64,000 nucleotides of DNA, taken from NCBI GenBank assembly GCA_018398765.1, contig JAHBMJ010000001.1, forward strand, positions 1 to 64,000, read 5' to 3'. This DNA is from Chromera velia (lineage: Eukaryota). The number at the start of each line of letters is the position of its first letter. The first letter of the stretch is position 1. Made by a program: the position numbers and the translations under genes. Shown piece by piece: positions 1-10,890 of the stretch. Below the pieces are notes generated by a model that worked only from the letters and a program-made list of their open reading frames with translations, did no database searches and was not told where the DNA came from.

Positions 1-58
1 GCCCCTTTTCTCCGCCCCCCCCTTTTCCCCTCCCTTCCCCTCTCCCTCCCTCTCTGTC

Positions 59-94
<36 letters not shown>

Positions 95-98
95 TTTT

Positions 99-134
<36 letters not shown>

Positions 135-250
135 TGTTTCTTTGTTTCTTTCTTTCTTTCTTTCTCTCTCTCGCTCTCCCTATTTATTTGTGCCTTTCTC
201 TCTCTCTCCGCAGTCCTTCCCTTCCCTTCCCTTCCCTTCCCTTCCTTTTT
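1..250. repeat. Pyrimidine-rich (TTTC)n/(TTCCC)n low-complexity tract, intronic
   Basis: Simple repeats directly visible. Confidence 0.9.
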
Positions 251-314
251 GCAAGCAAGCCTTAAGCGTTGGTGGCAGGCAACTCACTCATTGCAATCGA
301 TCGATTCTTTCTTT

Positions 315-660
315 CCACGCATGAAGGAAGTTTCCATGTCCCTCCGATGCATGCATGCATGCATAAAGATGCGTTTACAGAATTCTTTTTCTGTATGAAA
401 GTAAACGCATCCACGCATGAAGGAAGTTTCCATGTCCCTCCGATGCATGCATGCATCCATAAAGATGCGTTTACAGAATTCTTTTTCTGTATGAAAGTAA
501 ACGCATCCACGCATGAAGGAAGTTTCCATGTCCCTCCGATGCATGCATGCATGCATAAACATGCGTTTGCAGAATTCTTTTTCTGTATGAAAGTAAACGC
601 ATCCACGCATGAAGGAAGTTTCCATGTCCCTCCGATGCATGCATGCATGCATGCATAAAC
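315..660 (+). repeat. 96-bp tandem repeat (~3.6 copies) in the intron before the FtsH-like exon
   Basis: Unit CCACGCATGAAGG... starts at 315, 411, 507 and 603. Full units contain a hairpin GATGCGTTTAC...GTAAACGCATC (variant in the third) around AGAATTCTTTTTCTGTATGAAA. Confidence 0.95.
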
Positions 661-717
661 ATTCCGCAATTGTTTGAATCATGACCGCACATGCATGCAT
701 GCATGCATTCCTTGCAG

Positions 718-1223
718 GCAAGGCGATAGTGGCGACCCGCCTTGGCTGGCGTCGCGTGTCACATATCATTGCCTCCCCCAGGACAGGCATAGAAGGGCTG
801 GCCAGCTCGATCCTTTTCGAGAGCCCCAGAAATTCCAGGGAGAGGGGAGTGGCGGGGACTGTGGAAGCGCTGAGGCAGGAGATGGCAGTCCGGATGGCCG
901 GCAAGGTGGCGGAAGAGATTGTCTACGGGACTGAATCGGTCTCGGCGGAGAGGTTGAAGGTCGACTACAAAGAGACGGAAGAGCTCGTGAAACAGTTGCT
1001 TGCCGTGTCGAATCCTGTCTCTCGAATTGCACCGTGGGAGGCTAACATAGACCCGGAGATTTTTCAGAAGGCAGACCAGACTGCCTACGACATTCTGTTT
1101 CCACACGAGGAGCTGCTGCGAGAGGTCGCGAACGCGCTCGTGGCAGAGGAGCGCATGACCGGGCACGAAGTGCGGCAGATGATGCACCGATACTTCGTTC
1201 GGCTCCAGCTGCATGGGGGCTGA
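718..1223 (+). CDS. Final exon of an FtsH-like protein (peptidase M41 C-terminal domain); upstream exons lie outside the window
   Basis: Acceptor ttgcag at 712-717. Translation GKAIVA...RVSHIIASPRTG...EMAVRMAGKVAEEIVYG...SV...D follows the M41 pattern GHA(I/L)VA...GGRAAEE.(I/V)FG...D. Confidence 0.75.
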
Positions 1224-1790
1224 GGGGAGAGAGAGCTAGGAGAGGGGAAGCTAGGGGCGGTTTCTTCTCTGTATGTCTCTTGAGTGGTCAAGGGGGAGGC
1301 GGAAACAGGGGCAGCTAGGGGGAAAGTTGATCATGTGCATGGTGAAGTGTATTCATGCATGTATGTATTAATATGTGTGCGTGCATGGGGCCGATTGAAG
1401 CAGAGAGTGCATTCATTGCATGCACCCACTGACGTGCATCGCTCAGCATGAGCCGGGGGCCCGGGGGGGTCGCGAATGCATATGCCTCCTCGATCCACTA
1501 CATGATCATAATGATCGAAGTGGTCGAATGGAGAGTTTTCTCCTGCTGTCGCAGTGAGGTCGGGCGGGAGTTTTGAGTAGTCTTCGAGGGGGAGGTAGAA
1601 GGGGGCTTGCGTGAAACTCAGTTTGACTGGGCCCATTTCGTTGTACGTTAGGGACGGAGGGCAACAGAGAGTGAGAGCAGCTGAAAGAGTGCGAATCGGT
1701 GAGCGGATTTGTGGGGTCGCTTACATAAATAGGATGGTTGTATGTGGTGGACGGTTCAGCAAGTGCTAGAGCAAGTGGTGTGGTTGATCA

Positions 1791-2862
1791 ATTCATACCA
1801 TGGTGGGGTGCAGGAGTATAGGCGAGACAGTACTAATCTGGGTACTAATTAACTTGATCAATGACACTGTAGGTCTCAGGTTACTAGATCACTACGTACT
1901 AGTCTGGGAGTAGGTTTATTGGCTTTGGAAGAAAAGAAAGAATGACTAGTGTATTGGTTAGGATCTAGGATGATCTAGGTTAGAATAGTTAATAGCTAGA
2001 CTAGTGGAATAGTACTAAGTGAGTAATAGTAGGCTAACAAATACCTAGCAAATACCCTAAATAAGATGGGATAACACAGATACCAGGGCTGACCTAGGCG
2101 ACGCACAGTGGTAAAAAAAAAAAAAATCTGAAAACGTCTATTCTTTTTTTTTATTTATTTAAAATTTTATTGTATATATAAAAAAAAATAAAGGTTAAAT
2201 GACTAGCTTCAACTAGAGTTTGAATTATATCTAGGATCCCAGTTTCACTTTTAGCTTGGTAGATGCTTAAAAGGATTGACTAAAACTAGCTTCGACTAGA
2301 GCTTTGAAATATATATCATCCCAGATATTGTCAAAAAGCCAGTCAAAAAACTTCTCCTCTGTCTGTTCTTCTGTCTGCATCCATGCATCCATCCTTCTTG
2401 TCACTCTTTGCATAAGACAAAAGAGAGCCCCCTTTTCCCTTCGCCCGCCCGCTCGCCTTTGTCCCTGTAATCTCCTTTTACGATGATCGCTGCGTGCAGT
2501 GCCATATACGCAGACTTCATTCATTTTTCAATTAGTATGAATGGTGAAACGACGGCCCGGGTCACTCCCTCTGTCTCCTTCTGTCTGGAATGGTGAAGAC
2601 ACTAGTAGAGACAAACGTACAATAACAACTAGGACTAGAACTAGGGTTAAAACATGTTAAAACTAGGGTTGAAAGATATCTAAAACTTTGAGTTGAGTAA
2701 TAAGTTCGCGAGGAAGTTAGTTTAAAAGTACTTCTAAAAGGTGCTCTTCTAGGTGCTCCTAGAGGTTCTCTAGGAAATCCTTCGTAGAAAAAAAGAAAAA
2801 AAAAAAATCTGGAAAGGTCTATTTTTTTTTTTTTACCACTGTGCGTCGCCTAGGGGCTGACA
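1791..2862 (-). mobile_element. Possible decayed LTR (minus strand TGTCAG...CCACCA, ~294 bp without the MITE) followed by a PBS-like TGGTATGAAT
   Basis: On the minus strand CA at 1802-1801 is directly followed by TGG. The other end reads TGTCAG at 2862. The region is very CTAG-rich. No partner LTR or TSD found. Confidence 0.35.
2094..2853. mobile_element. Non-autonomous TIR DNA transposon (MITE, hAT-like 8-bp TSD), 760 bp
   Basis: TIR CTAGGCGACGCACAGTGGT(A)n at 2094 and its reverse complement ending at 2853. Perfect TSD GGGCTGAC at 2086-2093 and 2854-2861. Confidence 0.9.
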
Positions 2863-3854
2863 CCTTCAGAGATTCTTCTTTTGAATTTCTTTCAATTTGA
2901 TTCTCATACATATATAACTTAATACTACTAAAGATTATCCCGGGAGCTTAGCGCTCCAACTGGGGTTAGGTAGGGTTAGGCATCCTCTAACTAACTAACT
3001 AACTATTCTTAATAGATAGATGAATAATCGTCAATTCGGATTAGGATAGGATAGGTCTGTATGATAAGATATCCACTATAAGATATGATTAGATAGGATT
3101 TACGTTTTGAATGATTGAATGAATGAATGAATGAATGCCTTTCAGGTTATTTGAGATCGAGTGCTAGGTCTAGTGCCTAGAGAAGGCGTACACCGTTGGT
3201 AGCGATATATAGCATGGTCAGTACTGAGCATAATTAAGCACTGTTCGTAGAAAGAAGTAGAAAAATGATATTGAGCTCACCGCCTAGCCCTAGGGGTGAT
3301 GACATAGGTTTAACCTAGTTTAATCCCTAGAAGCGTAAACCTAAGGCAAAGCCTGCGTTTACAACTAGGTTCACAACCTAGGTCAACGAACCACGGCCAC
3401 GACCCCTAATAACCCCTAATGAAGACCGCCGGTCGGAGGATGAAAACGATGACCGAAGCAGACTAAAAAGATTGCAGAAAGAACCCGGCACGAAAGCTAG
3501 GAGCTCACCGCCAGGCCTAGGCGCCGGCATAGGTTTGTGCCCTAGAAGCGTACACCAGGAGGCCGCGCGCAGGGGCCGGGGCCACGCGTGAATGCATGGG
3601 TCGATCGCCCGGATCATCGCCGCCCCATGCACTGGATGGCAGCTTCGTTCATCAGTCTGATTTTATCAGGCAGACTCAGACTCTGCCTGCCTTCTTAGTC
3701 AGCTTGTGCACATTGCTCGGGGGTTGATCGTGCAGATCTGAAAGTGTGCATGAAAGGTGCGCAGTGTGAGAGGACGAGGAGTAGAAGGGGTCTGTCAAGG
3801 GGTTGTGAGGCAGAGTGAGTCTGTTCCGTTTGTACCCTGCATAGGTTTGGAGAA

Positions 3855-4538
3855 ATGTGGTTCAGCAACAAGCGCTCGGCAGACCATCTCTCTTGGTCTG
3901 AGGAGAACGTCTGCTCTCGAAAAAGTGCACGGTCAATTGAAGCCCAGGCCGAGGACGGGCAGGTCAGGAATCTTCTCCCGTCTCCTGCTGGACTGACTGA
4001 GAGTGAGGAGACGCTGCGGAGGGTTATCTGTCAGTCTCCGCCTTCTCTCTCTGGTACTGTCCTTGCCAATGGAAGTTTTGGTTTTCCTATCACCTACTCG
4101 GAGGATGCTGGGCAGTGGGTGGCAGCGGGGGCGCAGCACGGCTCTCATATGGGGGGTGGGGGTGAAGACGTCGACATGGAAGGGGGGGGAGATAGTCGAC
4201 GGTACTCGTGCCCCGGGATGCAGGGGTCAGACTCGTTTGTTTCTCTGGGGGGCATTCAGACGAACATGCCAGCAGCAGAAGTGGGCCAGGCGCATTCATG
4301 GAATGGGAATGGGCAGTCGTCTGCCTCTTCCCCTCCACCAGGGGGAGACTTCATGGTCTCCTCTTCCTCATCTGCCTCATGTGAGGAGACGGCTGTGGAA
4401 ATGGAAAGCGAAGCCCCTCCGAGATCGTGGGAGAGCCACAGAGGCAGCACGTGGAGCACCCTCTCTGCCCTCCGCACGGCCAAGAGCGGGTTTCGGGACC
4501 TGATGGATGTGGGGGGGGACTTTGGCTGGTTGAAGTGA
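3855..4538 (+). CDS. Hypothetical single-exon protein, 227 aa, Ser/Gly-rich
   Basis: ATG-started GC-rich ORF outside repeats, preceded by a GC-rich TGCATG-containing segment. No recognisable domain. Confidence 0.5.
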   Translation: MWFSNKRSADHLSWSEENVCSRKSARSIEAQAEDGQVRNLLPSPAGLTESEETLRRVICQSPPSLSGTVLANGSFGFPITYSEDAGQWVAAGAQHGSHMGGGGEDVDMEGGGDSRRYSCPGMQGSDSFVSLGGIQTNMPAAEVGQAHSWNGNGQSSASSPPPGGDFMVSSSSSASCEETAVEMESEAPPRSWESHRGSTWSTLSALRTAKSGFRDLMDVGGDFGWLK

Positions 4539-5474
4539 AAACGAAGAGAGCGGAAAGGGTGACATTGTAGTTTATTGAGTGTTCGAGCTGTCTGTGATCG
4601 TGTAGGCCAAGGTTGTAAAAAGAGTTTCATGTCAGGTGCTGTTGGAAAGGGCAGATGAATGGTTGTTGTACGAGAGTCCTTGCGGAGTGATGGCATCTCC
4701 TCTCCTCTCCTTTCCTTTTTGTCTGCTCTTGGATTGCGTGATGGTAGGTTCGGTCATTCAATCAGTCACCGTGTACAGCTAGAAGGAAGCAAGAACTTAG
4801 AGAGATGGATGAGGTGAGCAGGGCGTCTCTTTTCTGGTGCCAGAAGAAAGAAAGGTCGGAGAGGCTTTGACAATTAAATGAATGTTTGGTCACTTGTCAA
4901 TGTCTCCTTTCCTTTCTTTCTTCCTTCCGTCCATCCGTCTTTCCCTCTTTCCCTCTCCGTTGTCTTTGGGGCGCTTTGGGGAGGAGGAAAAAAGAATTTT
5001 GTTCTTCACTAGAGGAAAAGAAGAATCAACAGCGCGATAAGGAATGAAACAAGATTTTGTGAGTGGGGGAGACAGAGAACCAAGGTGAGAAGGGGAGTAA
5101 GTAGGAGTCGATGGGTCCAATCTTGAGACGCCATCTGAGTCACTGCACCCCATTCTATTTTTTAAGTGACTAGCAAGAAAGGGGGGAGAAGGACCACTAG
5201 ATTCCACTAGACATGCTTCCAGCTTTACAAGCCTTCATTAAGAAAACAATGTAAATGAGATCCTCTCCCGAGTCCCTACTTCAAATCAAAAGACTCAGGC
5301 TAGGTTATTTACTAATTTAAACGTTTTATAAGCCCACAAAACGTCATATTTTCCTTAAAAAAAAAACATATTTTCTAGAAATCGTCGGTTTTTGACATAT
5401 TCTTTGAAGATATAAAGTTCTAGATAAAAATTCAATTTTTGTTCATCAATGCATCATCTATCAAATTAAGTTTC

Positions 5475-5794
5475 CGTTACGTTGTGGCTTGTACGGCGAC
5501 TTGATCACCCGCCAAACTTGCTAGAACTGGGACTGGGAAACTAACTTTGCAATACTAAGCCCGGCCGGCATTAATTAAGTGCACTAAGAGAATTAAGTGA
5601 CAGACTGACAATACAGAGAAAGAAATAATAGACTTGCAATACAGAAATAAATAGAAGTATGCCGTGCAGTCTTCATCCACCTGTATCGCTTGAATAAAGT
5701 CCTTAGAAGTGAACTCTGACTGACAAACTTAAGGAGGTAAGGTATGATAAGTCTCTAACTAGACTATGTTCTTAGTTTAGGAGGAAATCTGACG
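5475..5794 (+). repeat. 5' LTR (CGTTA...TGACG)
   Basis: Aligns without gaps to 10891-11210, 12 mismatches. Confidence 0.95.
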
Positions 5795-5809
5795 TGGTAG
5801 CAGCAGAGC
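5795..5809 (+). other. Primer-binding site, tRNA-iMet-like (TGGTAGCAGCAGAGC)
   Basis: Immediately follows the 5' LTR. Resembles TGGTAGCAGAG, the complement of a typical eukaryotic initiator tRNA 3' end, with a 3-nt duplication. Confidence 0.7.
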
Positions 5810-5873
5810 CCCGGTCCTCCGCCTCAGGGAGACCCCGCCCTGCCTCTCAACCGTTGTTTGAAGAACGGGCAGG

Positions 5874-6788
5874 ATGGATCTGTCTACTATCACTCCTGAG
5901 CTCATCCAGCAGCTCATTCAAACTCAACAGCAGCAGCAAGCTGAGATCCAGGCACTGCAGGTACAAAACGGGCAGTTAACCCAACAGAATCAACAGCTGT
6001 ACCAAGAGCTGATCAACCACCAGCAGACAGTCGTGACAGCACAACAAGGCACCACGGAGAACAGCCCCCCAGCGGCCGTGAAGTCAAATTTGAAACCCAA
6101 GGAGCCGTTCACGTACGCAGGCAGTCGCAAACAACTCCCAGATTGGCTCCGTACGACAGAGAGATGGCTTCGCTTGTCGCGAGCGTCGGAAGCTAAGAAA
6201 TGCGAAGCAGCATGTCAGTACCTATCCTGTCCCCTGCAGAGGTGGTACGAGCTCGAAAACCTCCGAACGCCGTTCCAGGGGTGGGAGAATTTCAAAGAGA
6301 GGATTGGGAAGAAGTTCAAAGACCCAAATGCTTAGACACATTTGCGAGAGGAAGTCCGAGCGATGAAATGTGGGAACAAGACAGTACAGAAGTACACCGA
6401 TGACTTCATAGAGAAGGCCATGCAGATTGAGGATGTCACAGAAACCGACTTACTGCACGACTACCTCAGGGGATTGCCAACTGACATTCGTCTCGCTGTG
6501 AAGCGTCGGGGAGTCACGGGACTTGAGGCCGTCATGATAGTTGCAGACGAGGAGGACCAATTAATCCGAGGCAAGCGCGCTGATAGGGGCGGGCATGCGG
6601 TGCAACAGCGCAACACGGATGGGCCTGCACCGATGGAAATAGATAGATTGTCGCACCTATATGCACTGTCGCACGAGCAAGTGCAGAGGCACATCAGAGA
6701 AGACAGATGTTTCAGCTGCCACCAACAGGGCCACCAAGTGAACAGGTACCCACAGTCCAACAACCGTCTCCTTCCACAGCAGCACTGA
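5874..6788 (+). pseudogene. gag: Retrotransposon gag with internal stop
   Basis: KP..FTYAG...WL capsid-like segment, GPAPMEID motif, zinc knuckle CFSCHQQGHQVNRY (last Cys now Tyr); TAG at 6333-6335. Confidence 0.85.
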
Positions 6789-7084
6789 AACTTCCCATAC
6801 CAGTCATTTCAGCAGCAACAACAGCAGCATCGAAATGCCCCTCCCCGCCCTGACAATCGGAATTTCAGGCATATGGGGGTCGGCAACCCTCCCATGCAAC
6901 CTCAGGGTCCAGTGGTGCCCTCAGGCCTTGCACCTTCGACCATACAGTACCAGCAGATGTGGCAGTCTGCCGCACGCCCAGTCACTGACTTCCTACTGGG
7001 GTTGTGGGGGTCGCAACGGCAGAATTAGAATGTAGGCATGCAGAACGGCTACCCGTTTTGCAGATACTACTCCATGAAGACCTC

Positions 7085-10000
7085 CCGCGCACCGGGGAAG
7101 CTCATCCACTTCCACGGTCGGTTGGCAGGGGTCCCTGTTCGCTGTCTGTACAATCCTGGGGCAGATTCGAACTTCTTTGCCCATTCCGTTGCCAAGTCGA
7201 ACCGTTTTACTCTCTGGGATCTCGATGAGTCGACCGCATGCAAGGGCGGGTTAAACAGGGGACCGTAGCTTCCGGTTTTCCAGGAGGTCAAAGGCCTTCC
7301 CCTCTGTATCCAGGGCTTCAGCGCGCCTCTGGATCTCACAGTAGTCGATCTGGATGATGATTACGATGTTGTGTTAGGGATGCCCTTCTGTGAGGAGTAC
7401 ATTCCTATCCCACATTACCGTGAGAAGGCCTTCACGATCCCCGCGTATGAGTCGTCGACCGGAAAAAACTTGCTCTTGCTTGACAGCGAGGAGTACCCAG
7501 CGGAAGGGGAGGGGGAGGACTTCTTTAGCCAGAGAGAGCTCCGTCGGCTGATGAAGAAACCCAGTTCCCGTGTGCATCTGTTCCACCTCGAAGCAGTGCG
7601 GAAGGGGGGGGTGAGTGATACGTTGGGGATGCATTCCCTGCAGTCTGCCGGTAAGCCCAGAGACCCACTGCCCCTTTCGTCTTTCCCTCCTGACCATCCC
7701 ATCAATTCTTCGACCTACACGGGATTCCGAAAGCACCTCCAGAGCAAAGAGGTCCCGCCCAGCGTTCGACCGGTTCTTAAAAAACATTTTGATCGGTTCC
7801 CAGACGAGCTCCTGGGTCTCCTGCCCCACCAAAAGATCGGGTGTGAGATCAAGCTCGAGGCAGGGCACTCTCCTCCTGCAAGAGCACCCTACCGACTGTT
7901 ATACGGTCAGCTTGACAAGCTGAGACGGCAGTTGGACTCATACCTTGAGAAAGGGCACATCCACCCTTCGACAAGTCCACACACTGCACCAGTCTTGTTT
8001 GTGCAAAAGGCAGACGGGATGCAACGGATGTACATCGACTTCACGAGACTCAACAAGATCACAGTCCACGACAAATTCCCTATTCCTCACCCAGAGGAGC
8101 TGCTAAGTCGCCTCCATGGCGCGAAATTTTTCTCGTCTCTGGACTTATGGCAATACTTCTATCAGACAAGGATTAAGGAGGGAGACGAGGAGAAGACGGC
8201 ATTCATCATAAGGTACGGCAGTTTTAAATGGCTGGTGATGCCGTTTGGTTTGTGTAACGCACCTTCCATCAGCATGCGTCTCATCACGGATGTGCTCAGA
8301 CTACTTCTTAACAAGTGTGTTGTTGTGTTTATTGATGATGTTCTTGTTTTCAGCCGCACTCCGGAGGAGCATATCGAGCACATCAACCAAGTCCTTTCCC
8401 TTTTGAGGGAACACCAGCTTTACGTCAAGGTCTTTAAATGCGCATGGCTTCAGACAGAGGCGAAATTTTTGGGGTTGGTGGTTGATGAGAAGGGGGCCAG
8501 ACCGAGCCATGAGAAAATGCAAGGGCTCATTGAGTTCGCACAACCCACAGACCATACTTCCCTGCGCCAGTTTCTGGGACTGGCCAATTGGTTTCGCCGG
8601 TTTGTCCCAAGGTTCTCGTTTCTTGCGGGGCCTCTCACATTCCTCCTCCAGGGGAATGTCCCCTTTGAATGGAAGACTGCACAGTCGCGTGCGTTTGCTG
8701 AGCTGAAGAAGGCAGTACAGGAGCATGCGACCCTTGCCCTCCCCGACCCCAGCAAGCCAGTCATTCTGGTGCCCGACGCATCGCAGTCTGCAGGAGCCAT
8801 TGGGGCTGTCGCCCTCCAGAAGGACTGTGCAACCGGGAGATACCGCCCCTTCGCTTTCGGCTCCCGCCGTCTGACATCCACGGAAGCTAAGTACCCCGTT
8901 CGAGAGTTGGAATTTCTAGCGATTGTGCATTTCGCAAAGGTGTGGAGACACTTCCTGTCTTCAGACTCTGAAATATGGACCAATCACCAGAGCCTCACAA
9001 ATTTCAGCCACCGATCGTTCGAATTTTGCTCCCTGCGAGTCCGACGCTGGATTGAGTTCATGCAAGAGCTCGGCATCACTCCAAAATGCATCCCAGGGAG
9101 AGCAAACATTGTGGCAGACGCCCTTTCCCGAAACCCTCCTGCCGCATGGCAGCTCGGTTTCTTACATGAGTCGCGCTCAGCATCTGCCTATACGTCCCAG
9201 GCCTCTGCCAGAGGCTGTCCCAGTATCTGTCCAGTCCGTTGGGTCTTTGGGGGCAGAGTACGCTGATCTGCCCGATTTGGTTCCTAAGATTGAGGAGAGC
9301 CAGACTCCATTTAGGGAGGGAGATAGGCAGCAGTCTCGGGTAGGGATGGAGTTGCAGAGTTTGACGGTCTCCGCCATACAGTTACAGACATTCCTTGATA
9401 CCTGCAGGAGGGGATACTCAGCCGATCCCTTCTTCCACCCTGTCCTTCAGCATCTGTCACAACAGCACCCACCCGCCCCAACCCCTGATTTTGCCCTTCG
9501 TTTGTGAGGCATGTCGCTTCGTGCCGGTCTCCTGTATTTTGAGGGGAATCGTCTCTATATTTCTAGTCTCAGCAGGGGACTGTAATGGTTGGGGTGCACA
9601 CCCCTCCGCACGTTGCTCACTTTGGGATGGGGAAGACCTATCAGAAGGTGGCGTCATTATACTACTGGCCCAAGATGTGGAAGTCAGTCGCTTCTTTTGT
9701 TTGCAGAGAAGCAAAGGTCCCACTGCGGCCCGCCCCGGGCTCCTGCAGCCCCTCTCTGTCCCTTTACGCCCTTGGGAGTCGACTTGCATTGACCGCCTTA
9801 CTGATTTGCCGCCTTCCGGTGATGAGGGGTTTGATGCGATTCTTGTGGTCACCGTGCTTTGCCGGCTCATCAAAGCAGTTGTCTTGATTCCCACTCACAG
9901 CACAGCAGGAGCAGAGGAGACCGCGCGAATCTACTACCAGCACGTTTCGTGCAAGAAGGGCTTCCAGCGTCATATTGCCTGCGACCGTGACCCCCGTTTT

Positions 10001-10855
10001 GTCGCCCGCTTTTGGCAGACCCTCTATGCCTCCAGCAGCTCAGAAGTCAATTTCGCGACTGCATTGCACCACGACATAGCGGGTGCCGTAGAGAGAATGA
10101 ATCGCACCCTCGAGGAGGCTTTGCGGTGTCTGGTAGACATGAAGCACTCCCGGTGGTCTGAATTTCTGTGTGATATAGAGTTTGTATACAACTTCTCTGT
10201 CTATGAGGGGACTGGCTTTGCATCCCTCACTCTCAATGGTGGGAAGTCCCTGCTTATCCCCCTTACTCTCAATCTCCCAGTCTCAGTCGAACCTTCTTTC
10301 GACGTAAGGCAATTTCTGGAGGAGCACAGCCAGATGATCGCTGCAGCGAGAGATTCACTCCGCTCAGCGCAACAAGTCATAACCCGAAACGTCAATCGCC
10401 GTCGGCGTCCCGCCGAGAATATCCGAGTAGGAGATTACGTCCTGGTGCACCGCATGTGGTGGCCACGTCCTGTGGGGAAGGGGGAATTATATGCCAGGAA
10501 GCTTGATTCAGTTTGGTTCGGTCCGTTCGAAGTCGAGACCGTTCTACCTCAAGACAATCTGGAGGTTGTTTTGCCTGCTGAGAGCAGGAAGCACCCTATC
10601 ATTCACATATCGTTGTGCAAGCCTTACCATCAGCCAAGTGGAAAGACTCGCCCCCCGTCTGTCCGCATGCTCGCTTGGGCCGAGGAGGAGTATGAAGTCG
10701 AAAAAATCCTTGCAGTCTGAGGGAGGGGCAAGGCCAAGCAGTACAAGGTTCTTTAGAGGAGATATCCATTGGAAGACGTATCTGATTCATGGGAGCCCCT
10801 GTCGTCATTGAAGAATGCAAAACAAGCGATTGCCAATTTCCATGCTTCGGCCTGA
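7085..10855 (+). pseudogene. pol: Retrotransposon pol (protease, RT, RNase H, integrase, chromodomain) with stops and frameshifts
   Basis: PR LYNPGA; RT MPFGLCNAP and FIDD; RNase H PDAS, ELEFLAIV, NIVADALSR; IN H..HFG..KT..YYWP, CIDRL, DRD, GAVERMNRTLE, WFGPF; chromodomain EYEVEKIL...YKVL*RGY...SWEP. Confidence 0.93.
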
Positions 10856-10873
10856 GTGAGGCGCACAGGCCAT

Positions 10874-10888
10874 GGGGGGGGGAGAGGG
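10874..10888 (+). other. Polypurine tract
   Basis: GGGGGGGGGAGAGGG two bases before the 3' LTR. Confidence 0.9.
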
Positions 10889-10890
10889 CA

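Noticed and set aside
262..904. Repetitive ORFs over the 96-bp array (likewise 21374-22126 over the 97-bp array)
   Set aside because: Artefacts of intronic tandem repeats with no protein-like signal.
1331..1636. 101-aa minus-strand ORF with Cys cluster
   Set aside because: No recognisable family; lies beside a probable LTR remnant.
2962..2980. Telomere-like GGGTTAGG-TAGGGTTAGG
   Set aside because: Only two to three imperfect units in decayed repeat DNA.
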